Below are positions 10,058 to 22,100 of a DNA stretch of 64,000 nt, piece after piece. Position numbers and translations under genes: made by a program. The stretch lies in NCBI GenBank assembly GCA_016182085.1, contig JACOYB010000008.1, forward strand, positions 10,507 through 74,506, in the 5' to 3' direction. The notes beneath the pieces are model-generated. The model did not search any database, was not told the DNA's origin, and saw only the letters and a program-made list of their open reading frames with translations. The DNA is from Candidatus Magasanikiibacteriota bacterium (lineage in GTDB: Bacteria; Patescibacteriota; Patescibacteriia; Magasanikbacterales; GWA2-37-8). Position 1 is the stretch's first letter. Each line of letters opens with the position of its first letter.

Positions 10058-11270
10058 GCCAACGTATTGGTTTGTACTAGGAAGGGAATCAAAAATCGCT
10101 GCGGCTGAAATAGCCGCGATTTTAAATTTTAAAAAGCATACATACGCCTCAACAATATTAAAAATTCAAGACATATCATTTAGAGAACGCCTGTTTACAT
10201 CAGAAATGACACTGGACCCATCTCAGTTGATGCGCCGTTTGGGCGGTACGATTAAAATCGCGAAAGAATTGGCTGTAAATATCACCGAACAGCAAATGAA
10301 CAATCTGATCCGAGAAGAATTGAAAACTATTTCTGGAAAAATAAACTTTGGCATTAGTATTTACCGCGAAAACCAAGATAAGTATGCCGATTTAAAATTG
10401 GCAACCGATATTGGCAAGAAAATAAAAAGGTCTCTAAAAGACGAGGGGTTTTCCGTAAGATACGTAGAAAACCGCGAACCAATCTTATCTTCGGTTACAG
10501 TTGAAAAAAATAATTTGACTGGCCGAGGCCGAGAATTTTTAATTCAAAAAAATATAAACAATACGTTTTCCGTGGCCAAAACCGAGGCTGTCCAGCCATT
10601 TGAGGATTTCAGCGCGCGCGATTTTGGCCGGCCCGGACGCGATGATATAAGCGGCATGCTGCCTCCAAAACTAGCTATGATCATGATTAATCTTGCCCAA
10701 GCTCCTTTGGAGGCTGTAATTATGGATCCATTTTGCGGATCCGGCACGATACTGAGCGAGGCATTACTGATGGGATATACGAACGTAATTGGTACCGATA
10801 TTTCGAAAAAGGCAATTTTAGACACGAAAAAAAATATTGATTGGATAACTGCTAAATTTAATATTTCAACTAATGAGTCGCGTATAACAATTGAACAAAA
10901 AGACGCGGAAGAAATAGGAGCTTTTGTTCCGCCAGCTTCTGTCAGCAGCATTATCGCCGAACCTTATATGGGCAAACCGCTCAAAGGCCGCGAAACTAAA
11001 GAAGAGCTGCTGTTGCAAGCAAACGAACTTAAAAAATTATACGTTTCGGCTTTTGCGCAATTTTATAAAATACTACAACCGGGAGGCGTGGCTGTATTTT
11101 TAATCCCTCGTTTTAAGTATCAAAGTGAATGGATAACCATTAACTGCCAAAAAGAAATAGAGGGGCTTGGTTTTAAATTATTGCCATTTTTTGAAGACAA
11201 CATGCCTCTTATCTACGCCCGCCCCGACCAGAGAGTAGCTAGAGAAATTTGGAGATTTAAAAAAGTGTAA
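10032..11270 (+). CDS. SAM-dependent RNA amino-methyltransferase (Trm11/TrmG10-like)
   Basis: GMLPPKLA, DPFCGSGT, motif IV variant EPYMG. Confidence 0.8.
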   Translation: MVTPALLAKPTYWFVLGRESKIAAAEIAAILNFKKHTYASTILKIQDISFRERLFTSEMTLDPSQLMRRLGGTIKIAKELAVNITEQQMNNLIREELKTISGKINFGISIYRENQDKYADLKLATDIGKKIKRSLKDEGFSVRYVENREPILSSVTVEKNNLTGRGREFLIQKNINNTFSVAKTEAVQPFEDFSARDFGRPGRDDISGMLPPKLAMIMINLAQAPLEAVIMDPFCGSGTILSEALLMGYTNVIGTDISKKAILDTKKNIDWITAKFNISTNESRITIEQKDAEEIGAFVPPASVSSIIAEPYMGKPLKGRETKEELLLQANELKKLYVSAFAQFYKILQPGGVAVFLIPRFKYQSEWITINCQKEIEGLGFKLLPFFEDNMPLIYARPDQRVAREIWRFKKV

Positions 11271-11280
11271 TCACACCTTC

Positions 11281-11730
11281 TATCACCCCATTTTGTCAGC
11301 AAAACGGGGTGATGCCCCAAAACTGCCTCGCGGATGAATATCTCACAGCCAGTTCGGATTAGAATTTTTCCTCTGGACGATACGTCCAGACACGGAAAAA
11401 CTAATCTCGAACTGCTTGGTTCAATATTCATATGCTCGGTTGGACACTTGGGTGTCTGTCGCTTGTCCGTACATTGTCCCGGCGAACATTGGAATTAAGA
11501 GGATAGCAGACAGAGATGAACCGGAACGGTTGCTCCGACGGAACGTCGGAGAATTTGTCCTGCTGTTTGAGCTCACCTGTTATATACAGGTGAGTGAGTT
11601 CAGGACAAAAGTGATGGTGAGTCCTGTCTGGCTCCGAATAATTCCACCGTGAGCGATTTCTTTCCACCCCCTTTCTTTTAAAAGAAAGGGGGTAAGGGAG
11701 GTGTGTTTTTGCTGACAAAATGAGGTGATA
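11281..11730. ncRNA. Candidate large structured non-coding element (~450 nt)
   Basis: 24-nt terminal inverted repeat with one mismatch enclosing many hairpins; no convincing ORF. Confidence 0.6.
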
Positions 11731-11811
11731 AATGTTGGCAAGCGGTTTTCTACTAAGGAAAGCGGCTGTAAGGAATTACACAAGGTGGAAAGCCTAAGAT
11801 AAAAAGAAGAA

Positions 11812-12888
11812 TTAATTAGCTATATGAAAAAAACAAACATCCCCATCCTGCACCGCATAGTCTTTTCCTTCCAACCTCATCTTTCCTGTACTTCTAATTT
11901 TATTCCATCCCCCAGCTTCTACAAAATCCTTCCAGTTTACCACATCGGCTTTCACAAAACCTTTAATAAAATCCGTATGTATTACCCCGGCGGCTTCAGG
12001 CGCTTTAGCGCCATTTCTTACAGTCCAAGCCCTGGTTTCCTGCTCTCCGGAAGTAAAAAATGTAAGTAAATTTAATAATTTATAGCTAGCGGTAATCAAT
12101 TTATCTAATCCGGTTTCACTCATTCCCAATTCTTTTAAATAGTCTTTGGCTTCGGCTTCGGTTAGATCTGCCAGTTCTGCTTCTAGTTTTGCCGATATTT
12201 CTATCTGCGGTGTTGACTCGCTCACCTTTGGAACCTCGGCACTGGCAATATTTTCATCCATATTTACCACATAAAGCATTGGCTTCATGGTCAGTAGCTG
12301 CAATTCTTTCATCAAAATATTCTCATCTTCATTATATTCCAACTCACGAGCCGGCTTACCGGCTTGCAATTGCTGCTCCACTCTTTCCAAAACTGCGATT
12401 TGTTTTTCAAATTCTTTAGCTGACGCGCCTTTGGCAGATCGTTTGGTGTTATCTAATTTTTTGGAAACTGTTTGTAAGTCTGCAAGCGCTAACTCTAAAT
12501 TTATTACTTCTGCGTCATTTTTTGGATCAACTTTATTATGAACATGAATAACATCATGATCGGTAAACGAACGTACTACCTGAACAATTGCGTCCACTTC
12601 GCGGATGTGAGACAAAAATTTATTTCCCAAGCCTTCGCCTTCGGAAGCGCCTTTTACCAAACCAGCAATATCAACAAACTCTATTACTGTGGGGATAATT
12701 TTTAAAGAGGAAGAAGATTCGCTTAATTTTTGCAGCCTGTTATCAGGCACCTCAACTACGCCAACGTTTGGATCAATGGTACAAAAAGGATAATTTTGCG
12801 CGTTTGCCTGTTTACTGCGGGTAAGGGCATTAAACAGCGTAGATTTTCCAACATTTGGTAAACCAACTATACCAACAGATAATGACAT
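11812..12888 (-). CDS. ychF: Redox-regulated ATPase YchF
   Basis: GIVGLPNVGKST, NYPFCTIDPN, DIAGLVKGAS, GEGLGNKFL. Confidence 0.98.
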   Translation of the reverse strand: MSLSVGIVGLPNVGKSTLFNALTRSKQANAQNYPFCTIDPNVGVVEVPDNRLQKLSESSSSLKIIPTVIEFVDIAGLVKGASEGEGLGNKFLSHIREVDAIVQVVRSFTDHDVIHVHNKVDPKNDAEVINLELALADLQTVSKKLDNTKRSAKGASAKEFEKQIAVLERVEQQLQAGKPARELEYNEDENILMKELQLLTMKPMLYVVNMDENIASAEVPKVSESTPQIEISAKLEAELADLTEAEAKDYLKELGMSETGLDKLITASYKLLNLLTFFTSGEQETRAWTVRNGAKAPEAAGVIHTDFIKGFVKADVVNWKDFVEAGGWNKIRSTGKMRLEGKDYAVQDGDVCFFHIAN

Positions 12889-12895
12889 ATGATTG

Positions 12896-12968
12896 TGGAC
12901 CTGATGGGAATCGAACCCATAGTCTCTTCCATGCCATGGAAGCGCGATAGCCGTTACGCTACAGGCCC
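12896..12968 (-). tRNA. tRNA-Ala(GGC)
   Basis: GGGCCTG/CAGGTCC acceptor with G3:U70; CTTCC-ATGGCAT-GGAAG; GGTTCGATTCC. Confidence 0.95.
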
Positions 12969-13031
12969 ATTATTTTTAAACTTGTTGCATTGTAAAACAA
13001 AACTACCGCCGTGTCAACCATGATAATGGGC

Positions 13032-16000
13032 CTAATTCTTCTTTAATTTCACATCAAGATTAATGGTTTCGGCATCCTTGCCTTCCAAATCAATAATGTC
13101 CGTTTTTTGCGGATGATACTCCTTATGTTCGTATGTAACATAATATTTTGCATCTCCGGCCAAGAAATAATACTTACCGCTACTATCGGTAATTTGCGTA
13201 TCTACCAGTTTATTGAACTGTGAATTAAACAGTCTGGCGACTACTCTGGAAACAGGGGTTTTGCTGGCATCATCATAAACAATACCCCAGTTTCTGGCCT
13301 TGGCAGGCATAGCTAATTTGCGGAAAACGAAGAATAATAAAATATGGGCAAATAACAAAACTGCGATATACCATTTAGGAGAGATAAATAAGGAAGCGAT
13401 TGTAACCAAAATGCCGACTACAGACAAAATATTCTGCAACCTGCGTCCAAATTTTTCCCAGGCCAAACGGCTTGGCTTTTTCTGCGCGCCTATTGGATCC
13501 AAAGGTATAGTGGCTGTAATACCGGCTGTACCTGTAACCTCAACTACCTCCCCATGGTAAATATCTACTTTCTGGCCATCGCTCTGGAAACCCTCCAAAA
13601 ACTTGGATGGGAAAATAAAATTACTCTTCTGTGCCTGCAGCCTATACTTTCCCGGGCCAACCATAAAAATAAAGCGGCCTTTTGAATCTGTCACTTTGGA
13701 TTGCATAACCCGTCCATTTTCCGCGTTGATGAGCCGCACCATTGCCAAATCAACCGGTAATTTATTTAATGAATTATATACCAAACCCCATTTTTCTCTT
13801 TTTCTCCAACCAAGAAGCATGAGCGGCTGCAAGAACAACAGTCGCAGGAAAGGCAAAAAATCCAACCACGAAATAAGCGGTACAGCACCGGCCACAACCA
13901 CGGTAATTACCGCGGGTGCTACTACTTGTTCATTTATTTTCTTTACCTCGGGATCCGAAACTACATCTTGAATTTTTTGTACGGCTACGGTTGTTAAAAC
14001 CTTTGTTTGACCGGCTAGCGCTCCAACAATATTTTGAATATTTTCCACGAGCGGAGCTTCCGGATCTATCTCTAAAATAAGTTCCGGTGGACGGGCAATG
14101 AGCGTGAATTCTGGGTTGATTACATTATTACCTACGTTATTTATACTGAGTGTACGGTTATAATACCCATCTTTCTCCAGGCTTATCCTAAAATTTCCGT
14201 TTGGCACCATCCAGCCAAAGCTGCCGTTGGCATCAGTTACAATTGGGTTTAATTCACCATAATTCCCCATGTTTATGGGTTCGTCATTTGCTCCATACAA
14301 CAAAACTAAAACTCCAACCAAACTTTGACGGTCATCATCTACCACCTGGCCCCATGGCAAACTGTTCAATCTAAATCCGACCGAATCACGCTGATTTGAT
14401 CCATAATCAATTTCCACAAATGCTTGGGTGAATCCGAGTTGATTAAAAAATAAGCTGGCATAGTACATCCGGTCGGTAGCATTATAGACAAACTGATGCG
14501 CGTCCGTATCCCCGACACGAAGCACCATACTTTCCGGCCGGCTATATAAAATTTCTTCAGGAATCGCTACGGTAAGATTTGCTCCCGATAAACCAGTTAC
14601 AACTTCGTCAACTGGAAGAAGCCGTATATTACGATTGCCTGCCAAAAATACTAGGCCGTTTAAATTTATTTGCACAAATTCCGGCACGGTAGGTTCGGGT
14701 GGATTATACTCGTCCGTATCACTGCCGCTTTCACACCCCGGGTCAGCGGGAAAATCAACTAAACTATCACCATCATCATCTGCTCCATTATTACAAGCAA
14801 CCAACTGACTTGGCGCGCAACTGCCAAAACCCGCGCAAGCGGTATCGGCGCAATCTACTTGTCCGTTGTTATTATCATCCAAACCATTATCGCATATTTC
14901 CGGACTAGGAGGTGTGGAGGTAGGCGGGGTTTGACCGCATTCGGGTAAAGAAGCGCAAGCGGTATCGGCGCAATCTACTTGTCCGTTGTTATTATCATCT
15001 ATATTATTTCCGCATATTTCTGTCGGAGTGGTGGCTGGTACGACTGCGCCGCTTCTAAAAATGCCCGGGCTGTTGTTACCCGACGTATCAAAGGAAAAAA
15101 TCGTATAAAAATAAGTAACATTTACAATTATATTCGTATCCGTAAATGTTCCATCGGTTCCGGCATATACAACTGTGCCATCGCTGGGATTATTTGAAGC
15201 TGAACCAATTTTTCGCACCACCCTCACCTGGGAAAAATCCGGAGTTCCGGCTATGCTGGGATTTGTCCATGACAATACAATGGAATTACTGGTTGTAACC
15301 AAAACAAAATTAGAAACATCTGGTGGCGGAGTTGTGTCCGCGCCTGTAGTAAATGTCGCGTCGGTTGTGCTGGCGCTATTGCCGCTACTATCTGTGGAAA
15401 TAATTCTAAAATGATAGGTAGTATTAGGGCTTAAATTAAACAACAATGCGGTGTGCGATAAAACTCCGGCGGAATCAAAATAATTACTGCCGTAGACTGC
15501 GGTTGGCCCGTAAATTATTTGCGTGTCAGCTGACTCATTTGTATCCCACCGTATACTGCTTGTAGTTACTCCGGTTGAAATTTGAATACTACTGATAACC
15601 GGCGGCGTAGTATCCGGTGGTTCGGGGGAAGTAGAAAAAGTGCCGGTAAATTCGGTGGTCTGCGGCTTAGTATCAACAACTGAAATTTTAAAATAATATA
15701 AAGTGCCGGTAGCCAAACCGGTTAAACTGGTCTGATAATTTCCCGTAACTGTGCCAGAGTTTCCATAACTAGTATTTAGACCATACACAAAAGTTACACT
15801 GGAAATACCCAAGTCGTCGGTAGCACTCCAACTAATACCGGCCGTAGTAAAGGAAGTGGAAGAAGCGACGTTAAAAATTACTGCCGGCACATCCGATCCG
15901 CCGGGGCCGCCACCGGTTCCGCCACCGCCTCCTCCGCCACCGGAAGGCACGGTAGCATTTACAGTTATGCCCTGATTTACTTCTGCGGCGTGCGCACGCT

Positions 16001-16088
16001 CTCCCTGTTCAGTGTGAATTCCAAACCAAAAAAAGCTGCTAAAAATAACAGCTGCAAATAATATAATTTTTTTTAATTCTTTTGCCAT
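13032..16088 (-). CDS. Membrane-anchored surface protein: FN3 domains, Cys/Asp-rich metal-binding repeats, carboxypeptidase-regulatory-like domains
   Basis: Signal peptide; L..GTLYYFKI and LSPNTTYHFRI FN3 signatures; EICxNxxDDNNNGQVDCADxxC repeats; TDxxG motifs; TM helices near the C-terminus. Confidence 0.8.
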   Translation of the reverse strand: MAKELKKIILFAAVIFSSFFWFGIHTEQGERAHAAEVNQGITVNATVPSGGGGGGGGTGGGPGGSDVPAVIFNVASSTSFTTAGISWSATDDLGISSVTFVYGLNTSYGNSGTVTGNYQTSLTGLATGTLYYFKISVVDTKPQTTEFTGTFSTSPEPPDTTPPVISSIQISTGVTTSSIRWDTNESADTQIIYGPTAVYGSNYFDSAGVLSHTALLFNLSPNTTYHFRIISTDSSGNSASTTDATFTTGADTTPPPDVSNFVLVTTSNSIVLSWTNPSIAGTPDFSQVRVVRKIGSASNNPSDGTVVYAGTDGTFTDTNIIVNVTYFYTIFSFDTSGNNSPGIFRSGAVVPATTPTEICGNNIDDNNNGQVDCADTACASLPECGQTPPTSTPPSPEICDNGLDDNNNGQVDCADTACAGFGSCAPSQLVACNNGADDDGDSLVDFPADPGCESGSDTDEYNPPEPTVPEFVQINLNGLVFLAGNRNIRLLPVDEVVTGLSGANLTVAIPEEILYSRPESMVLRVGDTDAHQFVYNATDRMYYASLFFNQLGFTQAFVEIDYGSNQRDSVGFRLNSLPWGQVVDDDRQSLVGVLVLLYGANDEPINMGNYGELNPIVTDANGSFGWMVPNGNFRISLEKDGYYNRTLSINNVGNNVINPEFTLIARPPELILEIDPEAPLVENIQNIVGALAGQTKVLTTVAVQKIQDVVSDPEVKKINEQVVAPAVITVVVAGAVPLISWLDFLPFLRLLFLQPLMLLGWRKREKWGLVYNSLNKLPVDLAMVRLINAENGRVMQSKVTDSKGRFIFMVGPGKYRLQAQKSNFIFPSKFLEGFQSDGQKVDIYHGEVVEVTGTAGITATIPLDPIGAQKKPSRLAWEKFGRRLQNILSVVGILVTIASLFISPKWYIAVLLFAHILLFFVFRKLAMPAKARNWGIVYDDASKTPVSRVVARLFNSQFNKLVDTQITDSSGKYYFLAGDAKYYVTYEHKEYHPQKTDIIDLEGKDAETINLDVKLKKN

Positions 16089-16125
16089 ACACAAAACGGC
16101 CTATTTCTGAAAAACTATTTTAATA

Positions 16126-19100
16126 TTATTCTGCGGCTGTGCTGGTGTTAACAATATTTTCGGCGGGAGGCTGTTCCAAAACAACCGGTTCCGTGCTGCT
16201 GGCAACCGGCTCAATGGTTTCCGATACGGTAGAGGTGGAGGGGTCTGTAGTAGTAGAAGTTGTTGAACTTGGGCTTTCTTGAGAAACTTCTGGAGTTTCT
16301 GGAATACCTGCACCCCCGGATGATTCATTTATAGCTTCCGGAACAACTTCTTCGGGCTGTAATACTTTGGCAATCACCGTCCAATCAAACGCAGCATTGC
16401 TTTGGCCGTTTTCATTTTCTTTCACTACAAAGCTGTCATAATTTCTTTCTGATACATACACGCCTTTGGTGTCGCCAGACATCGTAATTTGAATATTAAG
16501 CGGTACGGATCTATCTATAATTGCCTGATCAAGATCGGTTAAAACTACTCGTCTTGTCCCATTTTCCAAAGTGCTGGTGCCGGAAATTACGATTTCCTGT
16601 TTACCAGCGCTTTGCAAACCATAAATTTCTTTGTCGCCAACCGCGGTTGTGATTTTTTGTATTAAGTTGCCAAACTCATCAATTTTCCATTTATCATCTT
16701 TGCCAATAATACCGGCCACGTTAATAATGGAATTATTTTGCAAATCAAGATTGCCGCCGGAATATACTAATTGATTATTATTACTTTCCACGCTTAATGT
16801 ACCTGGGTTAGCTCCTGGAGAAAGATTTATACCTTGAGCTATTGCCAACTGTTCTATATTATTATGCAAATTATCTATATCTTTATCTCTGTTATACACC
16901 CAACCGGTTCTAATTAACGCTAAAATTTTACCGGTTGAAGAAGCTGGCAATGGCTCAAGCGCCACCCCAATTATACCTACAACTTTATTATTCTTGTCCT
17001 TGGTCGGATCATATTTCATGGCAAATCCGGCAGTTGACGCGCTCACAAGCAAGTCACCTCTGGCAATGGCGCCATTTTCAGCAGAAACTTTTACCGGCAC
17101 GCGGCCCACCATGGCTAGTACGGCCGTGTAATCTGTCTTGCCATTCCCAACTACGATAGTTGGGTTGGTAGAAATTACACCAGCCACCGATTGTTCGTAA
17201 GCAGAATTGCTACGACGGTATGTATCTGGCGAATTTGGATCTACCATCATTACATCTCCAGCTTCAGCCGTATCGTCAATGGCAATATCTACTCGTTCGG
17301 CTAAATCTCCCGGATTAGTGGAAGTGCCCAAGACCGCGCTTGCGCCATAGTAATTGCCGGAAGTATGAACATCACCATTGGCAGCCACAGAGAATACTGA
17401 ATTATTATTAGCTCGCAGAGAAATAATATAATTATCGGCCAGAGGCGAAGTAAAATTGGCGGCATTAAAGGTAAAGGCTCTTGACCCGGCAAAACTACCA
17501 ACATTAGATTCAAACAATGTGGAGGTGGCAAATGAAAGCTTGTTGACTATGCTGTTATTGGCAAAGGAAATATTGCCGGAAATGATAAGATCAAAAGGAT
17601 TGGTAGAATCGCCAACGGTAATGGTGCTGCTGGTAGTATCTATCGTTAAAGGCGACTGTCCCGGCGCCCAAGAAGGCGAAATAAAGACTTCAATGACGCC
17701 AGTGCCGCTGCCAGCAAACGATTCCAGCGCCCGACCGACAATTACTCCGTCTTTTTTAGCTTTCATACCAACGCCGGGCAACGAGGAAGCGGCAATGGGG
17801 TCGCCAGCCAGGATGGGGCCATTTTCATCGGAGACTTTGGTCGGCACGCGACCCGACAGAGTGACAAGACGCCCATCTTCGCTGCTCGTCCAATCGGAGA
17901 GCCGGATACCGGGGTTCGTGGAAATTACACCAACTACCCCATCATAGGCGCCGGTTGTTTTTTCCACGGTTGGTCTAACGCCGGAAGAAGAAGTGGCTAT
18001 CCGTACGAGGTCGCCGGCCGTGATTGAAAGGTCATCCACACGGTATGACTCGGCCAAGTCAAAGCCTTCAATCTGGAACTGCTTTCCCCAGAAGCTATTG
18101 GCATAGACGTTCATAAAGAAAGCGCCAAGAGAACCGATATTTGAGCCGCCGGTAAAAGAGCCGCCGGTGGTATTTTTACAGCCGGGGGTCGCGCATTTTG
18201 CCGCTCTCAAATCAAGATCTGTGACGTTGTAATAACTAATTACCGGCAAGCCATCCGTGCCAATGGCGATGGAGGTGAACTGGCCCTGATTTCCGGTGCT
18301 GTCAATGGTGGTGGTAACATTACCCGATGAGCAGGAGGCGTTGCCGCATTTTGCTACCCTCAGATCAAGATCTGTACCGTTGTAATAACTAATTACCGGC
18401 AAACCATCTGTGCCAATGGCGATGGAAGAGAGTTGGCCTTGATCTCCGGCGCTGTCAATCGTAGTGGTAACATTACCCGATGAGCAGAACGAGTTGCCAC
18501 ATTTTACTACCCTCAGATCGCCATCTGTACCGTTGTAATAACTAATTACCGGCAAGCCATCTGTGCCAATGGCGATGGAGGTGTCCTGGCCCTGATCTCC
18601 GGTGCTGTCAATCGTAGTGGTCACATTACCCGATGAGCAGGAGGCGTTGCCGCATTTGGCTACCCTAAGATCGCCATTTGTCGCATTGTAATAACTAATT
18701 ACCGGCAAGCCATCTGTGCCAATGGCGATGGAGGTGTCCGTGCCCTGACTTCCAGTGCTGTCAATCGTAGTGGTCACATTACCCGATGAGCAAGAGGCGT
18801 TGCCGCATTTTGCTACCCTAAGATCAAGATCTGTGACGTTGTAATAACTAATTACCGGCAAGCCATCTGTGCCAATGGCAATGGAGGTTTCCTGGCCCTG
18901 ATCTCCGGTGCTGTCAATGGTGGTGGTAACATTACCCGATGAGCAGGAGGCGTTGCCGCATTTGGCTACCCTAAGATCGCCATTTGTCGCATTGTAATAA
19001 CTAATTACCGGCAAGCCATCTGCGCCAATGGCAATGGAGGAATTCGAACCCTGATCTCCGGCGCTGTCAATCGTAGTGGTCACATTACCCGATGAGCAGG

Positions 19101-22100
19101 AGGCGTTGCCGCATTTGACCACTCTCAAATCAAGATCTGTGACGTTGTAATAACTAATTACCGGCAAGCCATCTGCGCCAATGGCGATGGAGGAGTATGA
19201 ACCCTGATCTCCGGCGCTGTCAATGGTGGTGGTCACTTGAGTAGATGCGCCAGCGGTCGGCGAGGCATTTGGCAAGACATTACCATCAAAGGTGGATGTG
19301 CCAACCACGGAAAATATAGAAACTGGCGAAGAGGAATTAACCCCAATATTTCCATTTGCCAGCACTCTTAACATACTAGCACCAGTAGATGAGGCAATAT
19401 CAAATAATGGAGTGCTGGTAGGAGTGCTGAAAATGTTAAATGTCGCTCTTTGCGACGTGGTATTTATACCAACTCTACCAAGAGCATCTATTCTTATTCT
19501 TTCAGTTCCAGCTGTCCAAAAAGCCATGCTGTCAGCACTAAGTTGAGACCCACCAGCAAATGTATATCTAATTACACCTCTATTTTGTGCCGTGGTATCA
19601 AAGAATATATCGCTGGTTCCGTTAGTAGCCGCCGTAATGGCAATAAGTCCTTGCGTTTCTGTAGTATTACCTACTTGTAAATCCGCATTTGGAGCATCCG
19701 TACCAATACCAACATTACCATTTTGTAAAATTCTAAACATGCTGGAGCCGGTAGATGATGCAATTTCCAAAGGATTTGCACTGGCTGCTCCTTGCAAAGC
19801 CAGGCTGGCTATTGGCGAAGTTGTGTTAATGCCAATACGCCCATCGTGTAATATTCTTAAGTAGCTAGCACCGGAAGAAGAAGCCACCTCAAAAATAGAG
19901 TTCCCTCCATTTGTAGATGAAGCTGCAATAGTAAAGAATGCCAAAGGAGTAGTTGTACCGATACCTACTCTACCGGCATTAGTAATAGCCATTTTTTGGA
20001 AAGCCGAACCATTGCCGCCGGTTTCAAACTTTATTCCACCTGCATTTGCATTAAAAACTAACCCACCCGAGATATTAGATTGTGAAGACAAAATTCCGGC
20101 ATCCTGCCAGCCTGTAACAGCTGTATAGCCAGTTCCTGCGGTAAGCAATAAAACTCGATCATCAGTTCCTAAACCTCCATTTCTAAAATCAAATCCCGCA
20201 GAGGCGCTAGATCCAGAATTGTTATTATCAATTCTAAGACCAGACTGAGCAGATTGATCTAGGCGGGCATGGATTAATTCACTTGGTGTAGTCACTCTAA
20301 CTCCAAGGTTGCCAGTCATTACACCCACATCGCCATTTGTTAAAACACGGAATAAACTGGCGCCAGTAGATGAGGCAATTTCCACAGGATCTGCGCTACC
20401 TGTTCCTTGTAAAGCCAGAGTGGCTATTGGCGAAGTTGTGTTTATGCCAACTCTGCCATTTTTATCTATAACAAACAAAGATGTATGATTGCCAGCGCCG
20501 TTTGCCAAAGCATTGGTACCTACATCAAATAAATAAGCATTTGTTGAAGACATGGCCGTGACTAAAGGAGAAACACGCAGAGCGGAAATATATTGACCGT
20601 TATATGATGGGGATGTTGAAACAGTGGGGGCAACATCAAGCCCGATAAAATTTCCTGTACCAGAACCAGGATTAAACGTTCCTCTAACTTGCGCCATAGT
20701 AGAAGTCCCTGAGGTAGCTTGACGTTGGTTGTCATCATTAAAGAATACTGAAACACCGGATAAATTAGTTGCAAGGTTTCCCGCCACACCCATACCGGTA
20801 TTAGTATAGGCACGGATATATGGGTTTGTGCCTGCAAAGAAATACTTACCAAAGCTGGAGGTAAATATAAGCCCGGCGCTTTCTGAGAACTGGAAGCTAT
20901 GACTTCCGCCAGAGCTTTTTAAAGTTAGATCGCCAATTGAATCTGTGCTTAGAACAGAAACTGATGATGTTACTATATTTATAAGAGGAACTCCTCCTTG
21001 ACCGGTAAGCGCAAACGAAGCGACTGGAGTTGATGTGTTTATACCAACCCTGCCATTTGCCACCACCTTTAATATATTTGATCTTTCCGCAGTATCAATA
21101 CTAAATAGAGAAGAACTTGCTCCGGTAGACGAAGCAAAAACAGATATTGATCCTTGCGACATTATGCCTCCGGTTCCAACATTTAATCCTGTGCCGGCCA
21201 TAATGTTGCCCTGAGCAAAAATATCATTTCTGGATTGAATGTTTCCGACTTCGGCGCTGTGGGCGATAAGGCTGGTAACTTCCGTGCCGGAGATATCAAT
21301 AACAAACATAGAATTTAAACCACTGCTTACTGCATAGAGATAACGACCAGAGACAAAAATGGAGTTAGAACCGGCGTTTGTACCTAAAGCAAGCGTGGTA
21401 ATAAGAGTCGGCGCCGAAGAGCTAGAAACATCAACAACAGCAATGGTTTGATTTGATTGATTTGCCACATACGCATAGCGGCCGGAGACAAAGATGGAAG
21501 CAGGACCTGAACTCGCACCCACAGAAGTGGTGGCAATCTGTGTTGGCGCAGACGCATTTGAAATATCAATAACAGAAATACTATCAGATGTGTCGTTGGC
21601 TGTATAAGCGTAACGACCGGAGACATAAATGGACATTGGTCTTGCATCCACAACAGTGCTAGAAACTTGAACGGGGATTGATGGATTGGAAATATCTACA
21701 ACAGAAACAGTATTGGCGGAAAAATTAGTTACATAAGCATATTGGCCGGAAACATAAACTGAGTTTGCCCCATCACCAACAGAAGTGGTGGCAATTTGCA
21801 CTGGCGCTAACGGGTTGGATATATCAACAACAGACATGCTATCTGAAGTAAAGTTCGCCACATAAGCATAGCGGCCGGAGACATAAATTGATCTTGGGCT
21901 TGAACCAACCGCAACGGTAGAAATTTGTCTTGGAACTGCGGCGTTAGAAATATCTATAATTGATATGTTATTACTACCCTGATTTACTGTATAAGCGTAA
22001 CGACCGGAGACAAAAATTGACCGTGGATTTGTGCCAACGGAAGTGGTGGCAATTTGCACTGGCGCTGCCGGGTTGGATATATCAACAACAGATATTGTGC

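Noticed and set aside
11281-11730. ORFs 11416-11652, 11428-11718 and 11580-11783, or a retron msr-msd
   Set aside because: The ORFs overlap each other, start at TTG and have no recognisable motifs; no reverse transcriptase is nearby.
18195-19235. CRISPR array or DGR variable repeat
   Set aside because: Units are in-frame 153-bp coding repeats without spacers; differences are not adenine-specific; no cas or reverse transcriptase gene in the window.
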